The notes under the pieces were generated by a model. The model did not search any database. It saw only the letters and a list, made by a program, of their open reading frames with translations, and was not told the origin of the DNA. A program made the translations under genes and the position numbers. DNA of 64,000 bases, from positions 19,284,001 to 19,348,000 of the forward strand of contig CM097885.1 of assembly GCA_044892525.1 (NCBI GenBank), written 5' to 3'. Source of the stretch: Schmidtea polychroa (Eukaryota). Positions 37,870 to 51,500 of this stretch are shown here, piece by piece (position 1 is the first letter of the stretch; every line of letters begins with the position of its first letter).

Positions 37870-38125
37870 TGTTTGAGGGTTTCAATCTGTTATGAGCAAT
37901 TGATTTTGCTCTAAACTGTTGGAAATAATTCGCAAGTAAAAATTCATCTAATTTTTAGAAAAGTCATCAATGTAATCCAAAAATGAATTACAATTATATT
38001 CATCCTATATACTTTTAGTCATATTACATTCGGTTTCGTAACACCATTCAAAATTGGTGGTAATTTGGTAGTTGATCGAAGGACCTCTAGAGAAGTGGAA
38101 AATCTAATGGGAAACTGCCCTTGCT
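37870..38125 (-). pseudogene. Decayed pPolB fragment related to the 15682-21304 polymerase
   Basis: Minus strand reads SKG.FP..STSLEVLRSTTKLPPILNGV...EYNCNSFLDY..KLDEFLLANYFQQFRAK. Compare ATSMDVLQSITELPPIWEGV...QYNCETLLDY..KLDVFLLADVFEAFREK. Confidence 0.7.
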
Positions 38126-38497
38126 ATTGACTATTACCCCTCTAAATTCAGAACTAGTGAATGGAAATGTCGTAATGCTTGTACAGTATGAGGAAGTTGA
38201 AAGATTCTTAAAGATTAATTAGAAATTTTGTTTAAATTTAAAATATATTTTTATCAAAAAATATTTTAAGAAAAACTGAAATTTGTTTAAATAACAAATT
38301 TAAGAGAGACTTTGAGTTTTTGAGTATATGATTTATTAAATAAAATTTATGGAATTATTTAATGATTTGAAAACGGATGAGAATCCTAATATACAGTATT
38401 CTTTAAATAATTGTTAATTAATTATCAAGAATCGATAAATTTTATAGTTAATCCATCTATTCTTGCAAATAAACTCAAAAACACTTTGCTGGTAACA

Positions 38498-38705
38498 AGT
38501 AGTGGATGTATGGCCTTCACGGACCCAACCCTCCCTAGCCGTCCAGCTTAAAAACTACTAATAATTAAACATTTTCATGTTTTTAACCCTTTATTTTTAC
38601 ATCTTTTATTCATAAAAACCCCTAATTCACCAAGCCAAATCCTTAATCCCCTTGACAGGAACCGAGGATCCAGGTTTACTCCGTGAAGGCCATACATCCA
38701 CTACT
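38498..38705. mobile_element. 208 bp mini-element with Polinton-type AGTAGT...ACTACT termini
   Basis: Perfect 26 bp TIR AGTAGTGGATGTATGGCCTTCACGGA / TCCGTGAAGGCCATACATCCACTACT. Flanks do not form a TSD. Confidence 0.8.
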
Positions 38706-38735
38706 ATATAAAATGCGCAATTTGCTATATTAAAA

Positions 38736-40007
38736 ATGAATAATAAAAATAAATTAAATCTTGATTACAATAAAGAGTTTATGCATGAAATAAAAAAAAT
38801 TGATATTTTAAAAATATCACCAACTTCAGGATCTATTGCAAACTTAAATCGCAGGGGTGATATAGTTTTTCAATCTCTTCAAACATCAAATCCTATAGAT
38901 GTTTGTAATGCAAAATTATATTACAAAACTGAATTAGAAATTGAAGCTAATAAAAATATAACCTTGGAAAACAATTTCTTTCCAAACTTATTCAGTAACA
39001 TGAGATTAAAACTAGGATCATCAGAAATTGAAAATGTTTTACATCCAGGGGTATATTCTACAATGTTAAATTTTATATTAACTGGTTGTGATTATAAAAA
39101 TGAATATGGTGAATTAACAGGCTGGATTCCTAATGTTAATAAAGGGGATTTAGATAAAGATGGTTTAGATGTAAATTTTGGATACTATAAAAGAGTTGAA
39201 CTTTATAAATCTAAAAGATTTGAAGGTTATTTTGAATTAAAACACTTATTTGGATTCCTTCAAAATTATAACCGTATACTTCATAATGTTTTTATAGAAT
39301 TAACCTGTAATAGACTAGAAGGTGATAAAAAATTGTTCTATGGAGGTGTAGATACAAAAGCTAAATTAAAATTATCAACACTTGAATTACATATACCTGA
39401 ATGGACTTTAAATCCTCAATCTGAAATTAAACTCCTTGAAAGATTAAATTCCAACAAATCTATAAATGTAAATTATTTAAATAGAGTCTGTAGTGAATTT
39501 AGTATGACAGAGGGTTCAACATATTCTATAAAGGTAGCAAATTTAGCATACCGGCCGAGATATATCTTTATTGGATTCAAAGAAGTAGATTCATCTTTCC
39601 AAAAAAATAACAACTTGTTTATTCAAAAGATTGAAGATGATAATTTAAAATCAATACAAATTCAATTAAATAGTTCTTATTATCCAATAAATAGAATGGA
39701 ATTTAATATTGAAAATAATGAAAACATAATCCCATATCTAAATTATATTTAAACATGTTATGATTTTAAAGTTAAACCACAATTAAGTTTAGAAGATTTC
39801 AAAAATTTATATTCTATATTTTGTATAAATGTATCAGATCAAGATGATCGTCTAGCTATAAATAATGTTGATGTTACACTTCATATAACAAAGGATTCTA
39901 AATTTAAAGCTAAAGTATATACATTAATATTAGAAGAAAAGAAAATAGAAATGAAATTATATGGTGGAAAGATTTCAATAATTGAAAATTTACGAGGTGA
40001 TTCATAG
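38736..40007 (+). pseudogene. Double jelly-roll major capsid protein (hexon-like), one stop
   Basis: LENNFFPNLFSNMRLKLGSSEIE..PG...RPRYIFIGF...IQLNSSYYP. After TAA at 39750 the frame continues (LSLEDFKNLYSIFCINVS) to TAG 40005-40007. Confidence 0.82.
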
Positions 40008-40023
40008 TTTTTAACATTTTAAA

Positions 40024-41508
40024 ATGTCTTATTGGAAATGTGAAATTTGTAATTGTCAAGTTAGAAAAGTTAGTCATGTTAAAACTAAAAAACATACATC
40101 TCGATTGTTGGGGAGTTCCCCCACTTCAAGTAGATTTGCCTTTGAGAATCAACTCTTTGAGAATCAACTCTTTGAGAATCAACTCTTTGAGAATCAACTC
40201 TTTGAGAATCAACTCTTTGAGAATCAACTCTTTGAGAATCAACTCTTTGAGAATCAACAATCTTCAAAAACAACATCTTCAATATTGAAACCCTTTACTA
40301 CTGAAAAATATCCAGGTGAAAGACATTTATTCCATCACAACTATACTGGACCAGGAACACGTCTAGATATTAGACTTGATGAAAATAATAATCCCAAACC
40401 CGGAGAAGAACCAGTGAATAGAATTGATCAAGCAGCTTTAAAACATGATATTGCTTATTATTCTGAAGACCTTAGGGATAGATACCTTGTAGATGTAAAC
40501 TTAATACATGATTTAAATAGTATTCAAAACCCATCAACCCAAGAAAAGATTCAAAGAGCTCTAGTTAAATTAGCAATGAAAGGTAAGATCTTCTTTGGAG
40601 CCGGACACCCTAGAATAGCAAAAGATATTGCTAATAAAAAGATTGTTCAACAAGCAGACACTGAGAATCGCACCCTTGATTCTACAAATTTAAAAACCCC
40701 AACAGAATCACAAATAAAATGTGCCAACGAATTACACCATGAATTTAGAAAAAATAAAAAATATTTAAAAGTTCAAGTACATGAAAAAGATCATACTTGG
40801 TCTGCTGATTTAGTCTTTATGCCAACCAAATCATCAGACCCTGTAAAATATAAAATAATTTTAACAGTAATAGATTTATATACGAGATTTGCTTTTGCAA
40901 GACGTTTAGAAACCAAAACAGGATATTCAATTACAGAAGCATTTGAAAATATATTTGAAGAACATCAAAGAATTCCAAAATATTTATGGTGTGATAAAGG
41001 AACAGAATTTTATAACAAAGTTTTTACAAAGTTTTTAAATGAAAATGATATTAAATTATATTCAACAGAAAACGAAGGAAAAGCAGTCGTAGTTGAAAGA
41101 TTAAATAGAACATTAAAAAATAAAATGTGGAAATATTTTACTGCTATTGGAAAACAAAAATGGAACAATGAATTGTTACAAAAGATTGTAAATGAATATA
41201 ATAATGATGTACATAGTTCTATAAAATCAACACCTTTAAGTGCTTCCTTGAATCCTTTAAAACTTATAAATCCTGAAACCGTTAAAGTGGTAAATGAAAA
41301 ACCAAAGTTTAAAATTGGTGATCGAGTAAGAATATTTAAATATAAAAATAAATTTGAAAAAGGATTCACAGCAAAATGGACAAATGAAATATTTATTATA
41401 AATAAAATACATTATACAATTCCAATAACATATAGCATCATTGATTTAAATAATGAAAAAATATTAGGTAGATTTTATAATAATGAACTACAGAAAACAG
41501 ATTTCTAA
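40024..41508 (+). CDS. Zinc finger - parvovirus-type PLA2 domain - retroviral-like (rve) integrase fusion
   Basis: CEICNC..H...H finger; NYTGPGT...VNRIDQAALKHDIAY; WSADL, LTVIDLYTRFA, WCDKGTEFYN, VERLNRTLK; FKIGDRVRI. Confidence 0.9.
   Translation: MSYWKCEICNCQVRKVSHVKTKKHTSRLLGSSPTSSRFAFENQLFENQLFENQLFENQLFENQLFENQLFENQLFENQQSSKTTSSILKPFTTEKYPGERHLFHHNYTGPGTRLDIRLDENNNPKPGEEPVNRIDQAALKHDIAYYSEDLRDRYLVDVNLIHDLNSIQNPSTQEKIQRALVKLAMKGKIFFGAGHPRIAKDIANKKIVQQADTENRTLDSTNLKTPTESQIKCANELHHEFRKNKKYLKVQVHEKDHTWSADLVFMPTKSSDPVKYKIILTVIDLYTRFAFARRLETKTGYSITEAFENIFEEHQRIPKYLWCDKGTEFYNKVFTKFLNENDIKLYSTENEGKAVVVERLNRTLKNKMWKYFTAIGKQKWNNELLQKIVNEYNNDVHSSIKSTPLSASLNPLKLINPETVKVVNEKPKFKIGDRVRIFKYKNKFEKGFTAKWTNEIFIINKIHYTIPITYSIIDLNNEKILGRFYNNELQKTDF
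40141..40257 (+). repeat. In-frame 15 bp tandem repeat (TTTGAGAATCAACTC) x ~8 encoding FENQL
   Basis: Direct repeats seen in the sequence. Confidence 0.97.
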
Positions 41509-42290
41509 AATAAACAATTCCATATTTCACCTTCTTCTCTATCCAAATAAATATAATTATATTTTTCTTTCCAATGATTATCTACAAACATATCAAACAT
41601 TTGCTTATCAGGTTCAACATTTGAAAATAAATCACTTTAAATCATATTCTTATCACGCTTTTCTAATTTAAAAAATATAAAACAATTAGAGTTATTTCTT
41701 ATAGAGTTTTTATCCAAAGCATAATAGGTTTGAGATATATAAACAACATTACAATTATTATGTCGACCTCGTGTAAAATAACTCTTTTGAATCTCTTGAT
41801 TTTTCATATTAACAACATCATCAAATATAACTAGATTCTTTACATCTTTAGGAAGTAAATCGCAATGTAAAACATCTTCAGGTTTATTAGAGAATAAAAC
41901 TTTAATCCATTCATTTTCAGAAATGTAATCATTTTAATTATCAATATCTGATTCTAAAATCTTTTCCTTGTACCAATCAACCATATCACAAGGTTGAAAA
42001 ACCTCTTCAGGACATCTATGTTGATTTTTAAAAATATCAATTATAGCTTTTTTAGTTAATTTATTTTCAAATCCACATTTCAAAAGTTGTAACTCTGGTT
42101 GATTTATGGTTGTAGAATAAAAGATTAAATTATTATAATCTAAAAAACCATCTTCGAGTAACATTCTCAAAAGAAGTACATTCTTACCACATCCAGAAGA
42201 CCCAACGATTAATAATCTAAAATTATCAGGAAATAATTTATTATTAAATTTACTCTTGTGCCGAGTTAAAATTGGTTTCCAAGTATCCAT
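41503..42290 (-). pseudogene. A32/FtsK-like genome packaging ATPase
   Basis: Walker A GSSGCGK. After TAA at 41934 the frame continues with NLVIFDD (Walker B) and YFTRGRHNNCNVVYISQ, followed by a frameshift. 3' boundary is approximate. Confidence 0.88.
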
Positions 42291-42306
42291 TTTTATTTAT
42301 TATAAA

Positions 42307-42850
42307 ATGACAACTGAAGAATCTTTACAACAATTAATAAATTCAAATAAAAATAAATCAGTAGTAATTGATGGAAAAAAATATTTTATTGGAAAACATG
42401 TAAAAGAACAAGTTAAAGAGAGACTGAAGGCGACTTCGTCCAAAGAAGGTGGCATTCTTCCCCTAATGGGTTTAATACCTGCAATCAATGCAGGTTTATC
42501 AGGTGCAGCTGGAATAGCTGGAGGAATTGCAACTACAGTTCAAAAAGCTAAAGAATCTCAAAGGACAGACCTAGAAAAAGAAAAATTACAAACTGAAATC
42601 GATTCAATGAAAAAGAAGAGTAAGGGGCTATATCTCAATCCTTATAAAGGTCGAGGTTTATATCTCGATCCATATAAAGGTAGAGGTTTAAATGATTTTT
42701 TAAAAAATCAATTTTCTACATCTGAATCTTTATCTTCAAAAGATAAAGATGATTTAAAAAAAAATATGTAAATCTTTAAAGAATGGATGCCTCTGTAAAC
42801 TTAAAAATGGTAAAGGTTTATTTTTAAAACCTTATAAAAATGGTATATGA
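42307..42850 (+). pseudogene. Putative virion core/membrane-active precursor protein
   Basis: Hydrophobic Gly/Ala segment EGGILPLMGLIPAI..GLSGAAGIAGGIA. Repeated (K/R)GLYLxPYKG motifs. Frameshift near 42765. Confidence 0.5.
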
Positions 42851-43616
42851 AGAAAGATTAGCACTTTTAAAAAAATTACAATCAGAACAAGACAAGTATA
42901 ATAAAAAAGATACAACCCAACATAGCGAATCTATAACAGCAAATGAAGAAATGACCTAACAACAACAACCAACAATTAAAGCTATAGAATCTCTAAAATC
43001 TAAAGAGCTGGAAGATAAAAAACAACAAAAAGAATTGGAGTGGCATGAAGGTTCGAAGATCAAAGATGAAATGATTATAAAACCTCTTAAAGTTGATCCT
43101 AAAATTAGAGAGGGTTTAAGTGATTCAATTAGACCCACATTTCAGATTAATGCTAAAGGATATCAAATAATAACAATTAATAAACAAAACTTTACTTTAG
43201 GTATATTTGAAGATAAACCACATTTTCGTTCACAAAATCTTTATAATAATGAATATTTATACTTTGAATTTACAGATGATTTATATAGATTAATTTGTGG
43301 ATATGCTTTAGATAATATTAAAGAAATTGAAAAATATTTAAATTTAATAAAAATAATAGGAGGTAGTTCAAAAGCAAAATATATTCAAGATTTAAAGAAT
43401 TATTTAAATAAAAATGAAAGGGGTTACATTGTTAAAGAAGGTGAGGGGCTAGCCGAATCAAACCCAATAAATCTTTTTATTGAATTAAGAAAACTATTAG
43501 CAGCTAAAAAAGCAGGACATAATAATTTAGATTCTGATATTTTAAAGATTTCTAAAGAATTATTAAAACAAGGAATAATTTCAAAAGAAAAATTTAATAA
43601 ATATACAAATGACTAG
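42847..43616 (+). pseudogene. Polinton hypothetical protein (stop at ~42957)
   Basis: Open frame from 43035. C-terminal EGEGL...LLAAKKAGHNN...LLKQGIISK is a pattern I associate with Polinton accessory ORFs. Confidence 0.45.
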
Positions 43617-44094
43617 TCCGAAGGTTTTCTCAATATTAGATTTTTTAAAAACATTTGGAATAAATACAAAAACAAATTTTGATTTAAAAGATTATGCAGA
43701 TTATTTAAATTTAAAAATTAAAATATTAATGAATGATGAATTGTCAAGTCTGAAAGGACCAAAGGATAATATAATAATCAATTATCAAAATTCAAATGAA
43801 AAAGGATCTCATTGGGTTTGTATATATATATATATGGATGAAGTCCCATTATACTTTGATTCTTTTAGGATTAAACCCACTAAAGAAGTAGAAGACTATC
43901 TTGAAAAAGGATGGACGAAGTCCCAATATATTTTTAATTCTTTACAAGTTCAACCTAATAATACTAAAATATGTGGTATTACAAGTTTATATGTTTTGTA
44001 TAGATTAAATACCTCAAAAGGGGACTGTGTCCAAGGAGACTCTTTTGAATCTCTAATCCAAGAAATTTATAAAGATCTAAAACCTCTATTATAA
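43609..44094 (+). CDS. Adenain-like cysteine protease
   Basis: IIN...GSHWVC (His), YFDSF (Asp), QVQ....ICG (Gln/Cys). Confidence 0.88.
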   Translation: MTSPKVFSILDFLKTFGINTKTNFDLKDYADYLNLKIKILMNDELSSLKGPKDNIIINYQNSNEKGSHWVCIYIYMDEVPLYFDSFRIKPTKEVEDYLEKGWTKSQYIFNSLQVQPNNTKICGITSLYVLYRLNTSKGDCVQGDSFESLIQEIYKDLKPLL

Positions 44095-44124
44095 TCTTTA
44101 AAAAATGGAAGATAATTTAAAAAA

Positions 44125-44477
44125 ATGGTAAACATAATGTCAGATAAATATTCAAGAAGTTTATTAATAAATTCAAATGAATCAGATTTTACTATAAATT
44201 TTGAAGATTCAATAAATTTAGATCAAAATTTAAATTATGAATTAGAACTCTTGTGGTTTAGCTGTTTTAATACTATTTTTAATATAAATATTAATAATAA
44301 TAAATTTGTTATAATTAAACCTGGGCCTACTACTACTACATATATTAAACTTAATATAGTAATAAAAACTGAATCATACGACACTATAATAATCGAACCA
44401 GGATCATATGAAATAGTAGATTTGGCTAAAATAATTCTAAAAGAAACAAATGGAAATATAGAAATAATAGTAGATAT
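44125..44477 (+). pseudogene. Minor capsid protein (penton), 5' half
   Basis: SDFTINFEDSINLD..YELEL....NTIFNI...IEPGSYEI. Joins 56457 in frame once the insertion is removed. Confidence 0.78.
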
Positions 44478-45006
44478 GATTGGAGCCCGCCCGGCCACAT
44501 ATACCCCCTCCCCCCCGGAAAAAAAAAATTTTTAGAACGATGCCACATATTTTTAGAACTATTACGTAATCAATGCCTAATATTTTTAGAACTATTACGT
44601 AATTTTTTTTTTAAATTAAGTGATCTGGCGGGCTCACACTTTTTTTCATCCCAAAAGTTAATGTTCCCACCATCAGATTTTATTGACCGATACCTCATCT
44701 TAAAGCTCAGTCCAAGACCTTTAAGATGTGCTATAGGTATCTTATATATCTTTAATAGTTTTAATGTTATTAACATTTAATGACCACCATCTTTTCAAAG
44801 TTAAATTATTATTATTTGTCAAAATATTATTAATGGCCCAGCGGGCTCACACTTTTTTTCATCCCAAAGATTAATGTTCCTGCCAACATATTATATTGAT
44901 CGATAGCTTATTTTAAAGCTCTGTGCAAGAACTTTCTAATGAGATATAGATTTTTATCATACGATGACTCATCACATTTTTAGAACAAAGACAATGACTC
45001 ATCATA

Positions 45007-46180
45007 TTTTTAGAACGATGCCTAATATTTTTAGAACGATGCCTAATATTTTTAGAACGATGCCTAATATTTTTAGAATGATGCATAATATTTTTAGAAT
45101 GGTGCCTCTTATTTTTAGAATGATTACGTCATAATTTTAGAACGATGCCTAATATTTTTAGAACTATTACGTAATCGATGCCACATATTTTTAGAACGAT
45201 GCCATATTATTAAGTGTCCTGGCGGAGTCACACTTTTTTTCATCCCGAAAGTTAATGTTCCCACCATCAGATTTTATTGACCGATACCTCATCTTAAAGC
45301 CCAGTGCAAGACCTTTAAGATGTGCTATAGGTATTTTATATATCTTTAATAGTTTTATTGTTATTAACATTTGATGACCACCATCTTTTCAAAGTTAAAT
45401 TATAATTATTTTTCAAAATATTATTAATTGGCCTGGCGGAGTCACACTTTTTTTCATCCCAAAAATAAATGTTCACACAAACAGATTTTATTGGACGATA
45501 CCTCATCTTAAAGCCCAGTGCAAGACGTTTCCATCATACGATGCCACATATTTTTAGAACGATTCCTAATATTTTTAGAACTATTACATAATCGATGCCA
45601 CATATTTTAAGAACGATTCCTAATATTTTTAGAGGTATTACATAATCGATGTCTAATATTTTTAGAACGATGCCTTATATTTTTAGAACGATGCCTCATA
45701 TTTTTAGAACGATGCCTAATATTTTTAGAACTATTACGTAATCGATGCCACGTATTTTTAGAACGATGCCTTATATTTTTAGAACTATTACGTAATCTAT
45801 GCCACATATTTTAAGAACGATGCCTAATATTTTTAGAACAATGCCACATATTTTTAGAACGATGCCTAATATTTTTAGAACGATGCCTAATATTTTAAGA
45901 ACGATGCCACATATTTTTAGAACGATGCCTAATATTTTTAGAACGATTACATCATACTTTTAGAACGATGCCTAATATTTTTAGAACGATTACGTCATAC
46001 TTTTAGAACGATGCCTAATATTTTTAGAACGATGCCTAATATTTTAAGAACGATGCCACATATTTTTAGAACGATGCCTAATATTTTTAGAACGATTACG
46101 TCATATTTTTAGAACGATGCCTAATATTTTAAGAACGATTACGTCATACTTTTAGAACGATGCCTAATATTTTAAGAACT
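45007..46180. repeat. ~21 bp minisatellite (ATTTTTAGAACGATGCCTAAT variants) interleaved with ~200 bp units
   Basis: Dozens of direct copies. Confidence 0.95.
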
Positions 46181-46236
46181 AATAATTTTTGTTTTAATTA
46201 TCGATTACATAATAATTTAATTTGTTTAAATCGTTG

Positions 46237-46272
<36 letters not shown>

Positions 46273-46412
46273 ATTATTATTATTATAATTATTATTATTA
46301 TTATATTTATTATTATATACTCCGAGTTTATCCGACACGATATTCTGTCCCCCTATGGGTACTGCACACAAGGGTACTACTCACACTCAACAAGTCACAT
46401 GGGTACTGTTCA

Positions 46413-47780
<1,368 letters not shown>

Positions 47781-48448
47781 TTTACACACTAAGTTATGGG
47801 GTAGAGAATTATTATATGTTTGCAATATTCTGTGTTTGCCTTTACATGAAGTTGTCAATAAGGAGCGATAATTTTACACACACATTCTATATACACATAC
47901 CTTGTTTAACATGGGTGTATATACTCCTAGTCTATCCGACAAAATATTCTGTCCCCTATGGGTATTGCTCACAAAGGTACTACTCACATTCAACATGTCT
48001 CAAAGGGTATAATATAATTATTATTAAATTCTGACCAACTTAAATCAATGAAGGGGTAGAACAAAAATATATTAAGTTGCGGTATTTTAAATTTAAAAAT
48101 ATTTTAAAAACTTATTTTGACACTTACTTAATTAACAAAGACATAATTATTGCACATGCTTTGATTAAATATTATTATTTTTTAATTTTCAATATTTTCT
48201 TTTAAAATATTAACGCACGCGTGGAAGTTGTTATTATTATATATAATCTATCCGACAAAATATTCTGTCCCCCTATGGGTAATGGTCACAAAGGTACTGC
48301 TAAAACTTTAACATATTATTACACACAATGTAGAAAAAATATTATTAGTGTCCACACATGCTACAAGTTAGTATTCTTATCAATAGCTCATCTGAAAGTC
48401 TAGTGTAAGATCTATCTAATGATATATTATTATTATAATTGGTAAAGA

Positions 48449-48509
<61 letters not shown>

Positions 48510-48579
48510 GGTAAAGATATTAACACCTGCGCGAAAGATGTTATTATTTTTATGATTATTATTATATAATCGGAGTCTA

Positions 48580-51500
48580 TCCGACAAAATATTCTGTCCC
48601 CCTATGGGTATTGCTCATATGGGTAATGGTCACAAGGGTACTACTCACACTCAACAAGGGTTTTCGATCTTAAAGCATATTATGGTTTATTAGGGTTAGT
48701 AAATAAAACTTATCACACACACTTTAATATTTAAACGATAAAAATCAAGACAAGAGAGGACAAGGCAAAGTGTATGCATTTAGTATTGCCAGGCCTAATG
48801 AGCAGTGACCAAATATCTGTGCCTGAAAGACACGGTGGATATTTGTTCTCGTCCACAAGGGTCGTCTGTGCCTTCCCCAAGTGGGGTCAAAAGAACCTGG
48901 GCATTATAGCTTTCCGTACGGAACATTACGCCTAGCATGGGTAGTCAACTACCAGCACATTCGAAACGTATAATTTCAAAATACATGCGTCATTGGCACT
49001 ATAACCAAATTAATTAATGTTTTCACTAACACAAATATATATTTACAGAGGCCTCCCACTAGTTGGATTACAACCGCCCACCACGACGATCAGCTTGTAA
49101 ATATATATTAATTAAGGGATAAAGAGGACCCACCCAACCCTATTATATTTAATTTACAAATTTTTCTCGCTCTTCTGCTGGTAATCTATCTCAAAATTAT
49201 CATCTCCATCGGGTCATTTGGAATACATCTTGCAAATTGGACGTATTTCTTAGTTTCTGATGCGGCGTCAACTATCATTGCTAAAATTTATATTGATTTA
49301 AAAGCAATTAACTTACATTATCTAGCATTTTATCGTCACAGGCTTGATAAATTAGGCAACTGTTATTTGTGGTATACTTTTTCAAGGTCATTTCCCACCA
49401 TAAAACACAGATACCTAAATATAATATATATATTTTAAAGAATTAATTCATGTCTTACATTAATAATAATATTCTTCAGGTATGACGAGTACTTTACTTA
49501 ATTGCTAAAACATCGGTTTTTCCCATTTTTCTTGACATTCGTTGAAAGTTTACATAATTTAAGTCTGATAATTCATGTTGAAGGACACCCACAATCAGCT
49601 AATTCATTTAAGAAATCCAGAACATAGCAATGTTTCACCATTTTGTCTGGTTCATTTTCTTCTATAATTCATGTTTTAATAAGAAATTTCTAAATCCAGA
49701 ACATAAGTCATTTAGTGTTTCACCATTTTGTTCATCTTCTTCATAATTATATAATTCATTTTCTTCATTACTAAGTAAAATAATTAAAATATTGTAGTAA
49801 ATTCTTTATTTACTTACTTTATGGATACTAAAACGAAAGAAATAAAGTTATATCAAAAGTATATTTAAATAATTTAATTTAGTTATTTAAAAATATTTAA
49901 ACAATTTAGTTATTTAAGCATATTTAAACATTAACATTATTATATAGTATAATTTTATATAATTTTATGTACACTTATATATCCTTCATTTAATTTTTTA
50001 AATTCAAATATTTATAATGAAGATTCTTTGAATTAAAAAAAAATATTCTGTTAGTATTTCCAGGCAGAAAACAACGAATTCAATAATTAAAATCTTAATT
50101 TTCATGTTGTTAGGGTTGTGGCCAGAATTTAATCGCCATCTAATCGTTTGTTCTCAATTTCGCTCATTTTTGTTCAAAACATTCAGGTGAGTTGTTATCT
50201 GGAAAGTTTCTTTGAGCTCAGTTTTGTTAAAACACTCACGGTATTTTTGAGGGACGTGACACTGGAAATAAATTAACAATGGGTGGTCATCCATACATGT
50301 TGTTGGTTTGAACTGTTGATTTATTTTAGAAATATGTATATTAAAAACATTTAAGGTATCATTCAGTAAAATAATATAGTATTTTTGAATTAATTTATAA
50401 ATAACAGTATTTTGATATATCAATAAAGACCATATACTCCTAGTTTATCCGGCAAGATATTCTGTCCCCCTATGGGTATTGCTAGCAAGGGTACTGGTCA
50501 CACTCAACAAGTCGCAAGGGTATATTATTCATTTAGAAATTCTTAGGTAAGATAATCAGAAATTTGTGAATATTTTAAATGTAACTTTACACTTATGTCG
50601 AGCGACTAATTTATTGGTTAACTTTGTAGTCATTTAAAGCAAAAGGTAATTTATTCATCTAATGTTCGTTACAATAGTTAATAATATGAGAAAAACATGG
50701 TCATTATTCATTGATAATTTTAAATTCTTTATCATTTAGAGTAAATTTGTTTGAGGCAAAAATAATTAAAGGAGTCATAATAGAAATATGGTTATCATTT
50801 ATCCAATTAAGGGCTTATTAGTTAGAAATATATATTATAAAGTAACAATTATTTTCTAATTTAATTAGATGATCATTAGACGTAATATATCTTTGCGAGA
50901 AATTTAAGATGTTTGAGTAACCAAAACATGGATATTTTGTGCGATAAATTTATGAATATTGGTTAATTTTGTTATTTTTAGTCATTTAAAATAATATTTA
51001 GCAAAGGTAATTTAGCAAAATATCACTTATCCATCCGATAATAATATTCCTTCAATAGATTTTACCTTTAATATTCAACCGATTTAATTTCTAGAAATCT
51101 AATTAAAATCATAAAATTCCTTCAATAAAGATCAACTTTCTTTAGCTGTTGTTGATTTCCAACTTTTAAGTCAATATTTCTCAAGTTTTGTCACTGATGT
51201 CCCCACAATGAATAAAATAACTTCTTAAGTAAATAATTTAAAGCAATAACCTTTGATATCAATCCCAATTAATTCTAAAGATTTCAAATATTTCATTGTG
51301 AAAACCAAGTAAATTGATCATTAACCCTAAACGACTTAATAAAACAGTGGATAATTAATAAAAACTTGTTCTAAAACATAAATCTAAATTACTGTGCAAT
51401 AACATTCATCACGACCTAATAAACCTCTAAAACGATATAAGTTCACTGGAATTATTATTAATTCATAGCTAAATACTGACTATTTCCTTTGAAAATTTGA

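Noticed and set aside
45007..46180. CRISPR-like appearance of the 21 bp array and of the dispersed ~80 bp motif
   Set aside because: The units are contiguous or separated by irregular, non-unique sequence. There are no cas genes and the context is eukaryotic.
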